A DNA stretch of 64,000 bases, taken from the NCBI GenBank assembly GCA_017610385.1, contig JAFCCC010000003.1:9170-73169 (forward strand), read 5' to 3'. The notes beneath the pieces were generated by a model that saw nothing but the letters and a program-made list of their open reading frames with translations, was not told the origin of the DNA and searched no databases. Numbering within the stretch: the first letter of the stretch is position 1; every line of letters starts with the position of its first letter. Of this stretch, positions 51,297-60,262 are shown piece by piece. The position numbers and the translations under genes are program-made. The stretch is from Candidatus Nanohalarchaeota archaeon. Its GTDB lineage: Archaea > Nanohalarchaeota > Nanosalinia > Nanosalinales > JAFCCC01.

Positions 51297-51426
51297 ATAA
51301 TTTTCTTTAGAACAACTTAATTTAAACCTAGGTAATGCGCACTACCAGTCCATTATTTATTTAACTCTTGCAAGGTCAGGTTTATTTAATGTGTTTAGAA
51401 AGCAAATTATCTTAAATATCTAATGT

Positions 51427-52521
51427 TTATTTGAAATGAAGTTCCAAAACATCCTCATCTAATAAAATATGATGTCGGCCTTTATTTTGTCCTTCGAATT
51501 TTGCACTTTTACCCCAAACGCGTGCATAATTAAAATTCTTTTGGAATTCTTTGTGGATTTTTTCACAAACTTGATCTACTGTTGAACCAATTTTAATGAT
51601 TAATGGCGCTTTTCGATCTGGTTCTTTTCCAATTCTTTTCATGTATACTCTCATTAATTCTAGATTATTCCATAATTGTTCTACGAATCTATTCAAATTC
51701 CAAGATTTATCTGCTGAAATAAACGTCATTTTTGGGAAATCTTTTTTAATTTTTATTAATTCCCCTTTTGAGAGTTCATCAATTTTATTTAGAATTTCTA
51801 TAAAATGAATATAAACCCGATTCCCTGCTAAAAAATCAATTAAAGTATCTATTGTTATGTTTTCGCGAATTAAAACATCCGCATTTGCTATTCCATATTC
51901 TCTAAAGAGTTCCTTTATTGTATCTTCATCTAAATCTAATTTGAGTGGCGTTAATAGATTAATACCTCCAGAAACCTTCTTTTTAAGTCTAATTAGCGGT
52001 GGTTGTTGATTTAATCTGATACCAGAGTTATAAAGTTCTTGTTCTAGTTGTTTGACATCTTTTAATCTTTTATAATCTGTTATTAAAACAATCAAATCAG
52101 TATTTCTAATAACACTTAAAACTTCTTTACCTCTTCCTTTTCCTTTTGAAGCACCGATAATTAATCCAGGGACATCTAATATCTGTATTTGTGCTCCTTT
52201 GTAGTTTAAAACTCCTGGAATGACTTTGAGCGTAGTAAATTCATAATAACCTATTTCTGATTCTGCATTTGTTAATTTATTCAATAAAGTAGACTTGCCT
52301 GCAGATGGTGGACCCACTAGAGAAATGCTAGCATCTCCAGATTTTCTTAAACCATATCCTAGACCTTTTTTACCTGAAATTTTAGATTCATGTGATTCTT
52401 TTTTATCTTCTAATTTTGCTATATTAGCCTTTAATTTCGCTCTTTCCTTTTCTGTTCCTTTATTTACTGGTGTTTTACTCAATTTCAGTTTTAATTCATC
52501 TAGTCTATCTTGAATGCTCAT
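51427..52521 (-). CDS. DRG/Rbg1-family GTPase
   Basis: VNKGTE, GPPSAGKST, YEFTT, DVPGL, ARVWGKS TGS domain. Confidence 0.93.
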   Translation of the reverse strand: MSIQDRLDELKLKLSKTPVNKGTEKERAKLKANIAKLEDKKESHESKISGKKGLGYGLRKSGDASISLVGPPSAGKSTLLNKLTNAESEIGYYEFTTLKVIPGVLNYKGAQIQILDVPGLIIGASKGKGRGKEVLSVIRNTDLIVLITDYKRLKDVKQLEQELYNSGIRLNQQPPLIRLKKKVSGGINLLTPLKLDLDEDTIKELFREYGIANADVLIRENITIDTLIDFLAGNRVYIHFIEILNKIDELSKGELIKIKKDFPKMTFISADKSWNLNRFVEQLWNNLELMRVYMKRIGKEPDRKAPLIIKIGSTVDQVCEKIHKEFQKNFNYARVWGKSAKFEGQNKGRHHILLDEDVLELHFK

Positions 52522-52574
52522 AGTGTATTAAGAGAAACCTTGTGTTTAAATTACTTTAGTTCCGTAGTCTTTTC

Positions 52575-53228
52575 ATGGAACGAAAAATTCAGAGAGTTAT
52601 TGAAATCTGTGAAAATAATTATGGAAAACCAAAACCATTTAGATTAAGTAACTCATTAGATCTTTTAGTAGAAACAATTCTTTCTCAGAATACCAATGAT
52701 AAAAATACGTTTAAAGCATTCTCTGCTTTGAAAAAATATTATGTAAATTACGAAGAAGTACTTGCGGCAAATGAAACAAAATTAGCAAAAATAATTTACA
52801 GTTCAGGATTTTATAATTTAAAAGCTAAAAGAATTCAAGAGGCTCTTCGAGCAATTAAGGAAGATCGAGGGTCTTTAAATTTAGATTTTTTAAAAAATAA
52901 GAGCAAATCTGTCGCGTTTAATTATCTAATTAAACTTCCAGGAATTGGTCCAAAAACCGCTGCCATTGTTCTTACTTTTGGTTTAAATCACGAAAGTATT
53001 CCAGTAGATACACATGTTTATAGGGTTTCTCAGAGATTGGGCTTAGTTCCTAAAACTTTTGACAGAACAAAAACTCAGGAATTTTTAGAGAACAACACAA
53101 AAAGAGGATTAAAAAATGCGCTACATTATTATTTAATTAAGCACGGAAGAGAAGTATGTCGTGCTAGAAAACCATCTTGTTCTGAGTGTTTTTTAAAAAA
53201 AGAATGCAAGCATTTTAAAAATAAATAA
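52575..53228 (+). CDS. nth: Endonuclease III (HhH-GPD, Fe-S)
   Basis: LSQNTND, LPGIGPKTA, VDTHV, CRARKPSCSECFLKKEC. Confidence 0.95.
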   Translation: MERKIQRVIEICENNYGKPKPFRLSNSLDLLVETILSQNTNDKNTFKAFSALKKYYVNYEEVLAANETKLAKIIYSSGFYNLKAKRIQEALRAIKEDRGSLNLDFLKNKSKSVAFNYLIKLPGIGPKTAAIVLTFGLNHESIPVDTHVYRVSQRLGLVPKTFDRTKTQEFLENNTKRGLKNALHYYLIKHGREVCRARKPSCSECFLKKECKHFKNK

Positions 53229-53234
53229 GATATT

Positions 53235-54626
53235 TCAAAAGTAAGTAATAGCATGTTCAGAATTTCTTATTCTGTCTCTTTTTCTAAAGAAAAATTCAAA
53301 TTGTGCTTTTGGCAATTTTACAGTACCTTCTACTTTTAATATTGGTCTAAATTTATAACTCAAAATTCGTTCTTCACCAGGATTCAGATTTCCGATTTTC
53401 CATTCTATTTCTATGCCGCCTTTTTTATTTTTTATTGAAGTTGGCTTGGCCGCCTCAAATTTATTAGATAATTTCACGATTTCTGGAACATGGTCTATAA
53501 CCCTAACTTTTGTTAGAAGTTCTTTGGTGTTGTTTTTAATATAAATGTAAATGGTATGTTCTCCTTTGGATATACGAGCAACTTTCATGATTTTTGGCAC
53601 CTGAAACTCATACATCGCAAAGTATCCTGTTCCAAATACAAAAAGCGCAATTAAGAATAAAATCCAATAATTTATTCTGTATTTTACTAAAATTGTTTCA
53701 CCAGGTTCTAAGTCTTTTATTACCCAATTGTATTTTATTCCGCCACCAATTTTCTCTTTTGAGGCTATTTTCAAATTTGATTTCATTAAATACGATTTTA
53801 ATCTGTTAATAGATCCACTAACTATCTGAGACTCTTTCTTGACGTTTCCGGTATTTTTAATTTCAATTTTGTATGTATGCCAGAAAAAAAAACTTTTGTC
53901 TGATTTGTCAATACTTATGCTTTGTATTGGTGGAATATTAATTCTAATAGACTTTGAACTTTCGATTTCTCCTTCTGTGTTTATCACATTCAAAATAATG
54001 TTTTGAACGCCAACTAATTTTTCATCAACTCTTATAGGAATATTAAAATAAAATGTGCTTCCCGGTTTTAACATAGGAATTGAAACAGAATTATTTGTGT
54101 TATTTAATGTTCCCATTAAAGAATAACTTCCTATCTCATATGCTGCAACATTTTTTATTTGCCCAGTAAGATTAATTATTTCTCCTGGAACATAACTTGT
54201 TTTAGTTGTTCTAAGACCGGAAACTGATAATTTTTCATCTCTTACGACGGTTATGAAAGCTTCTAATTTAAGATAATTCTCTAAATCGCTTTTAGGGTAT
54301 ATGTAAATAAAGAATCCTCTATTGCCTGCTTCTGCATTTTCATCTGGCGTTACATAAATTTTAGTAGTTTTTGTAGTATTTGGTAAAAGATCTAAAGAAT
54401 AATCTTGTTGATAAAACCAACCAGGTTTCATGCTTTGTGTGTAAATCGTAAATCTATCTGCTGTTGGCATTTCGTTTGTAACTTCTACTCTAAATTCCCC
54501 GACCTCTCCAGGGTAAACATTTTGTTTAATTGCATAAATGGTTCCCTTAAATCCTTCTACACATAGGCCAAAGGAAGATAATAAGACAAATAGAATTAAT
54601 GGAACCAGAATTAATGATTTTCTCAT
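53235..54626 (-). CDS. Membrane-anchored surface protein with Ig-like domains
   Basis: Signal peptide, beta-rich repeats (L.PGE), internal TM helix. Confidence 0.75.
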   Translation of the reverse strand: MRKSLILVPLILFVLLSSFGLCVEGFKGTIYAIKQNVYPGEVGEFRVEVTNEMPTADRFTIYTQSMKPGWFYQQDYSLDLLPNTTKTTKIYVTPDENAEAGNRGFFIYIYPKSDLENYLKLEAFITVVRDEKLSVSGLRTTKTSYVPGEIINLTGQIKNVAAYEIGSYSLMGTLNNTNNSVSIPMLKPGSTFYFNIPIRVDEKLVGVQNIILNVINTEGEIESSKSIRINIPPIQSISIDKSDKSFFFWHTYKIEIKNTGNVKKESQIVSGSINRLKSYLMKSNLKIASKEKIGGGIKYNWVIKDLEPGETILVKYRINYWILFLIALFVFGTGYFAMYEFQVPKIMKVARISKGEHTIYIYIKNNTKELLTKVRVIDHVPEIVKLSNKFEAAKPTSIKNKKGGIEIEWKIGNLNPGEERILSYKFRPILKVEGTVKLPKAQFEFFFRKRDRIRNSEHAITYF

Positions 54627-54709
54627 ATTCCCCCAAAACAGCATTATTCGGTAATTTTTATAAGTTTATGTGCTGAATGATGTCGTTAATATTGCCGCGA
54701 ATTATAAGG

Positions 54710-54836
54710 AACTCACTTCACTTTTTCGTATTTGCGTGAAGGGGGCTTCTGAAGGAATTTCACATAGAGCATTAACCGATTTTGCAGTTATTTGAGTGAA
54801 GGTTGCCTTAAGAAGTGCTTGCCGCCTGAGTTAACA
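54710..54836. repeat. Second copy of the modular repeat seen at 32.5-32.85 kb, next to the tRNA-Pro 3' end
   Basis: AACTCACTTCACTTTTT, GTGAAGGGGGCTTCTGAAGGAA, TTAACCGATTT. Confidence 0.7.
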
Positions 54837-54842
54837 GGTAAA

Positions 54843-54915
54843 TGGGCCAACCGAGATTTGAACTCGGGTCTAGAGCTCCCAAAGCTCCAATGCTAGTCCA
54901 CTACACCATCGGCCC
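54843..54915 (-). tRNA. tRNA-Pro(TGG)
   Basis: GGGCCGA-TG-GTGT..GCAT-T-GGAGC-TTTGGGA-GCTCT-AGAC-CCGAG-TTCAAAT-CTCGG-TTGGCCC-A. Confidence 0.95.
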
Positions 54916-55178
54916 AAACTGCAATAACGTGGGAAATCAAAGATTTTCTTGTTCAGCAAAACGATTATTTCACTTGAGTTTGATTACCATAATCAATTAC
55001 AATCAATTGACGTTCTATTCATACTTTAATTAATATCCTTTTTATGTGCTTGAGTATTCTCGAAACACATTTTGTTGCGAGCTGACAATGCAGCTCGTTT
55101 GCTACACCATCTGCCAAACGCGTTAAAAATCCTTAATTTCAGGAACTTTTTATATGAGATAGTTACTAATATTTAAAT

Positions 55179-55643
55179 ATGGCTTTGAAGATATCGTGGA
55201 AGAAAGTTCTTCATTATATTTTACCAGCAATAATCAGTCTGATTGTTCTTTTTATTCTCTCTTATTTTTTAAAAGGCAATATGGGTTCAGAAGGAGAGTC
55301 TACTGTCGTAATTTATGTGATGGCACTATTTATCGCTGGAGGATATTTCTTTGTTTCTGCTGTTTTGCTTTATTTGATAAAACTATTGCGTGTAATGTTG
55401 CCTTCTAAGGTAGATCAAAAAGAAGACCTGGAAAAACAACAGGATCTTTTGAAGAGATTAAAAAAGAATATTGAAAAAAGATATTACTTTAAAAAAGATA
55501 TTGATGAAGCAACTTTTAGGCACGAACTCCAAGAAATAGCACGAAGAGAAATTGAGATAGAAGAAAAACTAGCTCAAATGGAAGATATACAAAAGGAAGA
55601 TGAAGAAAAAAAGAACCTAAAAAAGGCAAGCAAAAGAAGATAA
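55179..55643 (+). CDS. Membrane protein with C-terminal coiled coil
   Basis: 2 TM helices plus a charged tail; TATA 30 nt upstream. Confidence 0.7.
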   Translation: MALKISWKKVLHYILPAIISLIVLFILSYFLKGNMGSEGESTVVIYVMALFIAGGYFFVSAVLLYLIKLLRVMLPSKVDQKEDLEKQQDLLKRLKKNIEKRYYFKKDIDEATFRHELQEIARREIEIEEKLAQMEDIQKEDEEKKNLKKASKRR

Positions 55644-55645
55644 AA

Positions 55646-56278
55646 ATGAGTGAATTTAATTCAACTTTCGAAATCGCATGTTCGAGGAGAACCTGTAATG
55701 CATTTAAACGAGCAGGAGTTGAGCGTGCAAAAATCGGGCGGATATTAGAATCAGCAAGGTGGGCACCAAGTCCTGGAGCTGTTCAATCTTTGGAATTTAT
55801 TGTGGTAGAAGATCCAGATGTTAAAGAAAACGTTGCTAAGTTAGTGCCTCTTTCGAAAACAATTAAACAAGCTCCGTTAAATATTGTTGTCTTGGCAAAT
55901 CTAACTCGAGCGAAATCTCGTTATAATGCTAAAGATGCGCAAAAATATGTATTGCAAGAAAGTGCCGCATGCATTGAAAATATGTTATTAGTCGCTCATG
56001 AACAAGGGTTAGGGACGTGTTGGATTGGTGAATTTCAAAGCGCGAAATTAAAAAGTTTATTAAAAATCCCAGAAGATATTATTCCTATCGCTATTATTTC
56101 TATAGGTTACCCCCAATTCGTCGAGGAATACAAAAAACCTTTCAAATACAAAATTACAGAAATTACTTTTTGGAATAACTATGGAACACGAGTTTCCCCG
56201 GTTTATGATAAATTTGAATGGATGGGTCTAAAAAACTATTCTGAAACAATAAAGAAAAGGTTTTTTAGAAGAAAGTAA
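55646..56278 (+). CDS. Nitroreductase-family protein
   Basis: RRTC..F, ARWAPS, ENMLLVAHEQGLGTCWIG, IGYP. Confidence 0.92.
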   Translation: MSEFNSTFEIACSRRTCNAFKRAGVERAKIGRILESARWAPSPGAVQSLEFIVVEDPDVKENVAKLVPLSKTIKQAPLNIVVLANLTRAKSRYNAKDAQKYVLQESAACIENMLLVAHEQGLGTCWIGEFQSAKLKSLLKIPEDIIPIAIISIGYPQFVEEYKKPFKYKITEITFWNNYGTRVSPVYDKFEWMGLKNYSETIKKRFFRRK

Positions 56279-57487
56279 TTATCGAAGTACTTTTAGATCT
56301 GGGGCGGTTGCAAATTCTTTTACTTTTTCATAAACCGCCTGAGAACTTAAAGTCAAAGCATCCTTTAATTCAGGTACAATTAAAGTATTTGCTGCCATGT
56401 ATGTTGGGTAATATATTTTCCATTTTTCTAGGAATTTGAGGGTGGTTTCTGCTTTTCCTGTAGTGTAGCCTAATTGAGACACTAGTGTATTTAACACTTT
56501 TTCTTTAGCCTGATTTTTAATAAAATAATCAAACCACGCAGTAAACCCAAATGCTCGAGGCAAGGATGCTGGTTTAAGGTATTGTGTAGCCATAAAAAGA
56601 TTCAATTTCTTTTCTGCAGGTAACAGAGGATTTATTTCTTCTATTAAAGAGTCGATATCAGGATAAAAAAGTATAGCGCCTCCATTGGCAATTCCTTCTT
56701 GAAAAGGAACATGAATATCATTTAATAAAATAACTTTATTTTCTGGGGTCGTTTTTCCATCTCGCATTTGCATTCCATAACCTATAGTATGACAAGATTC
56801 GTGATAAATTACATGAAGTAAATTTGTAGGCGTGCGGGTATTTGAAGTAAGACTTATAGAAACTTTTGACTTGCCAATTGCAATGGGTTCATTATATCCA
56901 TTTTCTATTGCCGTTACCTCTTCAATTTCTGTTTCGCCTATTTCCTCTTCTGAAAATAAGGACCTTAATTTACTTTTTACTATGGTGTCAACGTTCCTCA
57001 AAAACAAGCTGGCCTCTTCTGGAGTCAAAATAATTCTTCTAAATTCTTTAATTAATTCTTCTCCCAAATTCTCCTCTTTACAATCCAATAAATCACAATA
57101 AAGCTCTTTTTCTTCGGTAACAATTTCATGCGCCAATTTATTTAATTTAAAAACATCGATTCCGTAAAATCTATACACTAAATCTTCAATAGGTATTTCA
57201 GCTTCAAGTTGTTCTAAAGTGGCCAATTGTGCGTCTACTTCCCATGTTCTAAAATCCTGTTTTCCATATGTCTCGTTGCTCTTACTTACAAGTTTTCTTG
57301 CATAATCCAATGTTTTTGGTAGAGAAAGTCTTTCTTGCCCCGAATACCTTCCTGTTCTCTGAAAATCTTCATAAAGGTTTTTAACCCATCTAGGCCCATC
57401 AATGAGTTTTGGAAAACCAAATTGATCTGAATAGTATTGAGTATGTAAAACAAGTTTAAGAAATTCTTGTTCTGTTACAAGTCGCAT
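56279..57487 (-). CDS. Putative HExxH zinc metallopeptidase
   Basis: YHESCH followed about 30 aa later by QEGIA (gluzincin-like). Confidence 0.6.
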   Translation of the reverse strand: MRLVTEQEFLKLVLHTQYYSDQFGFPKLIDGPRWVKNLYEDFQRTGRYSGQERLSLPKTLDYARKLVSKSNETYGKQDFRTWEVDAQLATLEQLEAEIPIEDLVYRFYGIDVFKLNKLAHEIVTEEKELYCDLLDCKEENLGEELIKEFRRIILTPEEASLFLRNVDTIVKSKLRSLFSEEEIGETEIEEVTAIENGYNEPIAIGKSKVSISLTSNTRTPTNLLHVIYHESCHTIGYGMQMRDGKTTPENKVILLNDIHVPFQEGIANGGAILFYPDIDSLIEEINPLLPAEKKLNLFMATQYLKPASLPRAFGFTAWFDYFIKNQAKEKVLNTLVSQLGYTTGKAETTLKFLEKWKIYYPTYMAANTLIVPELKDALTLSSQAVYEKVKEFATAPDLKVLR

Positions 57488-57618
57488 GAATAAACTCTAT
57501 GTACAATATTTAAATTCGTATGTAGTGCTTAAATCTTACAGTTTAAGACGATATTGCGCTGTGCGGGCATTCTAACAGAGAGTTCGGTTTAACCTTGCTT
57601 ATAAACACGGTAACCAAA

Positions 57619-58842
57619 ATGTCTCACATGAATAATCATTTCAAATATGCAAAAAATATTGAAGGAGTTCTAAAAAACTTCTCAGATTCTAAAGAATTTT
57701 CTATTAAAAATAAAATTGCGGTAAAAAAGTTTATCGATGACTGTTCTGCTAGAAATCTTAGCAATTCTCGGCTTATTAAATTAATTATGTGCCTACAAAA
57801 AATCCTAAGGCTAACCGAAGAAGATTTTGATCTTCTAGAAGCTAAAAAAGAAGATTTGAAGGACTTGGTACGGAGAATAAACACAGCAAATAAAGAAAAT
57901 GGAGAACCTATTGCAGAGTCATATAAAATAGACCTGAAAGCCTGTCTTAAGCAGTTCTATAAGATAATGCAACCCACAGAGGATGAAGATTGTCCTTCTA
58001 AAGCCAAGTGGATTCCTACGACCTTAAAAAATAATTTGAAAACAATACCCCACCCCCTAACAAAAAATGATGTTGAAAAAATGATTGATGCTGCACAAAA
58101 TGATAGAATGAGATGTATGATAAAATTATTAGATGAATCGGGCGTTAGAGTTGGAGAATTATTGGGAATGAGAATAAGAGATGTAGAATTTACAGATTCT
58201 GGTGTTAAGATTGAGGTTAATGGGAAAACCGGACCAAGAAAAATACTAGTTATTCAGAGTGAACGATATTTGAGAGTTTGGTTGTCACATCACCCATACA
58301 AAACTGAAAGAAATGCTCCTTTATGGGTTAAACTTGAGCAAAGATCAAAAAGAGGTGCAGAAGACAATAGAATTGAGTATGGCAGTTTCAGAGTATTATT
58401 ACAAAGAATTGCTATACGTGCCGATGTTAGAACTTATAAACGAGATGGTAAAATTTTTACAGAAGTTCATCCGCATTTATTTCGACATACGGCCGCATCC
58501 AGACTTGCTACAGATCTTTCCGAATCTGTAATGAAAGAATACTTTGGGTGGAAACAAAGTAGCAACATGACTCAAATTTACATACATTTAAATGGGAAAC
58601 AAGTGGATGCTGAAATTCTTAAGGCCAATGGAATAAAAATAAGTGAAAATAAAGAAGAAATACAAGAATGTCCTAGATGTTTCAGAACAAATAAAAATGC
58701 GGAATTCTGTTCAAGATGTGGTATGCCTTTAACTCTTAAGGCTGCCAATCAAAAAGAAGAAATTAAATCCGAAATTCAAAGTATTGTTTCAATTATGATT
58801 GAACACGGAATAACTAAAGAAGAACTAAACGAAGTATTATAA
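57619..58842 (+). CDS. int: Tyrosine recombinase/integrase with C-terminal Zn ribbon
   Basis: SGVRVGE (R), GKTG (K), HLFRH, FGW, IYIH (Y), CPRC..CSRC. Confidence 0.95.
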   Translation: MSHMNNHFKYAKNIEGVLKNFSDSKEFSIKNKIAVKKFIDDCSARNLSNSRLIKLIMCLQKILRLTEEDFDLLEAKKEDLKDLVRRINTANKENGEPIAESYKIDLKACLKQFYKIMQPTEDEDCPSKAKWIPTTLKNNLKTIPHPLTKNDVEKMIDAAQNDRMRCMIKLLDESGVRVGELLGMRIRDVEFTDSGVKIEVNGKTGPRKILVIQSERYLRVWLSHHPYKTERNAPLWVKLEQRSKRGAEDNRIEYGSFRVLLQRIAIRADVRTYKRDGKIFTEVHPHLFRHTAASRLATDLSESVMKEYFGWKQSSNMTQIYIHLNGKQVDAEILKANGIKISENKEEIQECPRCFRTNKNAEFCSRCGMPLTLKAANQKEEIKSEIQSIVSIMIEHGITKEELNEVL

Positions 58843-58874
58843 TTTCCAGTTTAGAAACTTTTGGTATGTTTGTC

Positions 58875-59789
58875 TTATAGGAAAATATTTTTCGCTCTTT
58901 TAATAAATCTTAAACCTTGTTCTATATCCTCTATATCTTCAGCATGAGTATAAAACCCCGCAAAAGTATAATTGTTCATTTTAGCTATTTTTAAGTTCTG
59001 CAAATTTATAAGAATTTGTTGGTTAATCGAAAGATTTTTATCATCTATTATTGGAAGGTCATTAAGTATGAGAAATCTAAAGATCCCTTTTCCAAAGTAG
59101 TCTAGTAACAAAAGCAAATCTTCGTATCTAAAATTATTTAATCTATTCCTTAGGGCGCTCTTAAGAGTATTTTCTGTATGTTTTATGCGCCCCACATTAA
59201 AATGGTCCTTCAATGCGGAAGCACTCAGTATTTTGAGTTCTTTGAGAAGAAAACGGGTCCATTTTTGATAAGTCTTATCTTCTGAATAAATGGATGCCAA
59301 ATATTTCCGTACTTTTTTCTCGTTTTTGGTATAAAACTCATCTAAAGTATAGAATAAAGAAAGATTAAGTATGCCTTCTATGCTTGGAAGATGCCATTTT
59401 TCATTTAGAAATACACGCTTTAGGTCTTCATAATGAAAATAGGAAATATGCCTTGCAAGAGTATTCGTAAAATCTTTTCTAAGAACATCATTGAACTTAG
59501 AATCTAAGAGTTTTCTCTCAATAAGTTTCTTGAGAAAATGATCATACAACCCAGCGAAATTAATTTGAACAACTTTGCCTCTTGCATCGGCGCCTAAGGC
59601 GGTATTAGCTTTAAGGCCTGTTCGTATTGTAAATATATTCTTATTAAAATCTGTTAAAACATCACGATTCCAACGAGAACTATTATAACTTGTAGATTTT
59701 CCATAAATTTTGGTTACCAATACGTCTTTAGTATGTGATTTCTCTAAAACAATAAATATAGAAAGTTTCAAGGCATTTTCTGGAGTCAA
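58875..59789 (-). CDS. Hypothetical protein, possible element regulator
   Basis: 304-aa ORF divergent from the replication genes, with a palindrome just upstream. Confidence 0.6.
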   Translation of the reverse strand: MTPENALKLSIFIVLEKSHTKDVLVTKIYGKSTSYNSSRWNRDVLTDFNKNIFTIRTGLKANTALGADARGKVVQINFAGLYDHFLKKLIERKLLDSKFNDVLRKDFTNTLARHISYFHYEDLKRVFLNEKWHLPSIEGILNLSLFYTLDEFYTKNEKKVRKYLASIYSEDKTYQKWTRFLLKELKILSASALKDHFNVGRIKHTENTLKSALRNRLNNFRYEDLLLLLDYFGKGIFRFLILNDLPIIDDKNLSINQQILINLQNLKIAKMNNYTFAGFYTHAEDIEDIEQGLRFIKRAKNIFL

Positions 59790-59802
59790 GTACTATACAC
59801 CG

Positions 59803-59827
59803 CATTTAACAGTTCAACTGTTAAATG
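59803..59827. promoter_or_regulatory. Perfect palindrome, candidate operator
   Basis: CATTTAACAGTT-C-AACTGTTAAATG between divergent genes, next to a TATA-like sequence. Confidence 0.65.
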
Positions 59828-59906
59828 AGTTCCAATCTTTATATCTTTTTCTATTGGGACCTTCAGAATTTAAGAAAGTCTAGATTCATAGGTAAATCAA
59901 GTTAAA

Positions 59907-60062
59907 ATGATTCAAAAAATTAATCTAGAACTTCAAGAACATGTAAAAAAATTGAAAGAATTAAACCCCTCGGAGGAACTTTATAGAACTCTTTCAAAAT
60001 TAGAAAAAGATATATTGACCTGTGTTTTGAGAACTACAATGCAGGAGGTGTCTCCTCAATGA
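59907..60062 (+). CDS. Small hypothetical protein (51 aa); absent from the ORF track
   Basis: MIQKINLELQEHVKK..EVSPQ*; contains the GGAGGTG SD of the next gene and overlaps it by ATGA. Confidence 0.6.
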   Translation: MIQKINLELQEHVKKLKELNPSEELYRTLSKLEKDILTCVLRTTMQEVSPQ

Positions 60063-60262
60063 ATTCTGCATCTTTGTACTATAAAAACAAATTTAAACGT
60101 TCTAATGAGAAGAAAAACTATTTCGTTGGTCTCAAGGTTTCTAGAACCGAAAAAGAGATTGTGGAGCATCTTAAAATGCGTTTAGGCTACCATTCTTTAT
60201 CTGAAACCGTCAGGGAACTCTGTCTTGAAAAAACATTTTCTATGCAAGAGGTAGTTAAATGA
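60059..60262 (+). CDS. Ribbon-helix-helix (CopG/MobC-like) protein
   Basis: FVGLKVSRTEKEIVE..SLSETVRELCL; ATGA coupling at both ends. Confidence 0.7.
   Translation: MNSASLYYKNKFKRSNEKKNYFVGLKVSRTEKEIVEHLKMRLGYHSLSETVRELCLEKTFSMQEVVK

Noticed and set aside
54736-54750. GAAGGGGGCTT resembling the RNase P RNA 3' motif
   Set aside because: There is no upstream GAGGAAAGTCC partner, and the motif belongs to the repeat shared with 32772.
54842-55033. 63-aa ORF (also 17678-17869)
   Set aside because: Antisense to tRNA genes, so spurious.
55102-55119. CTACACCATCTGCCAAAC resembling the tRNA-Pro 5' end (possible split tRNA or att site)
   Set aside because: Only 10 nt match exactly, with no D-arm continuation or complementary leader; at most a small duplication scar.
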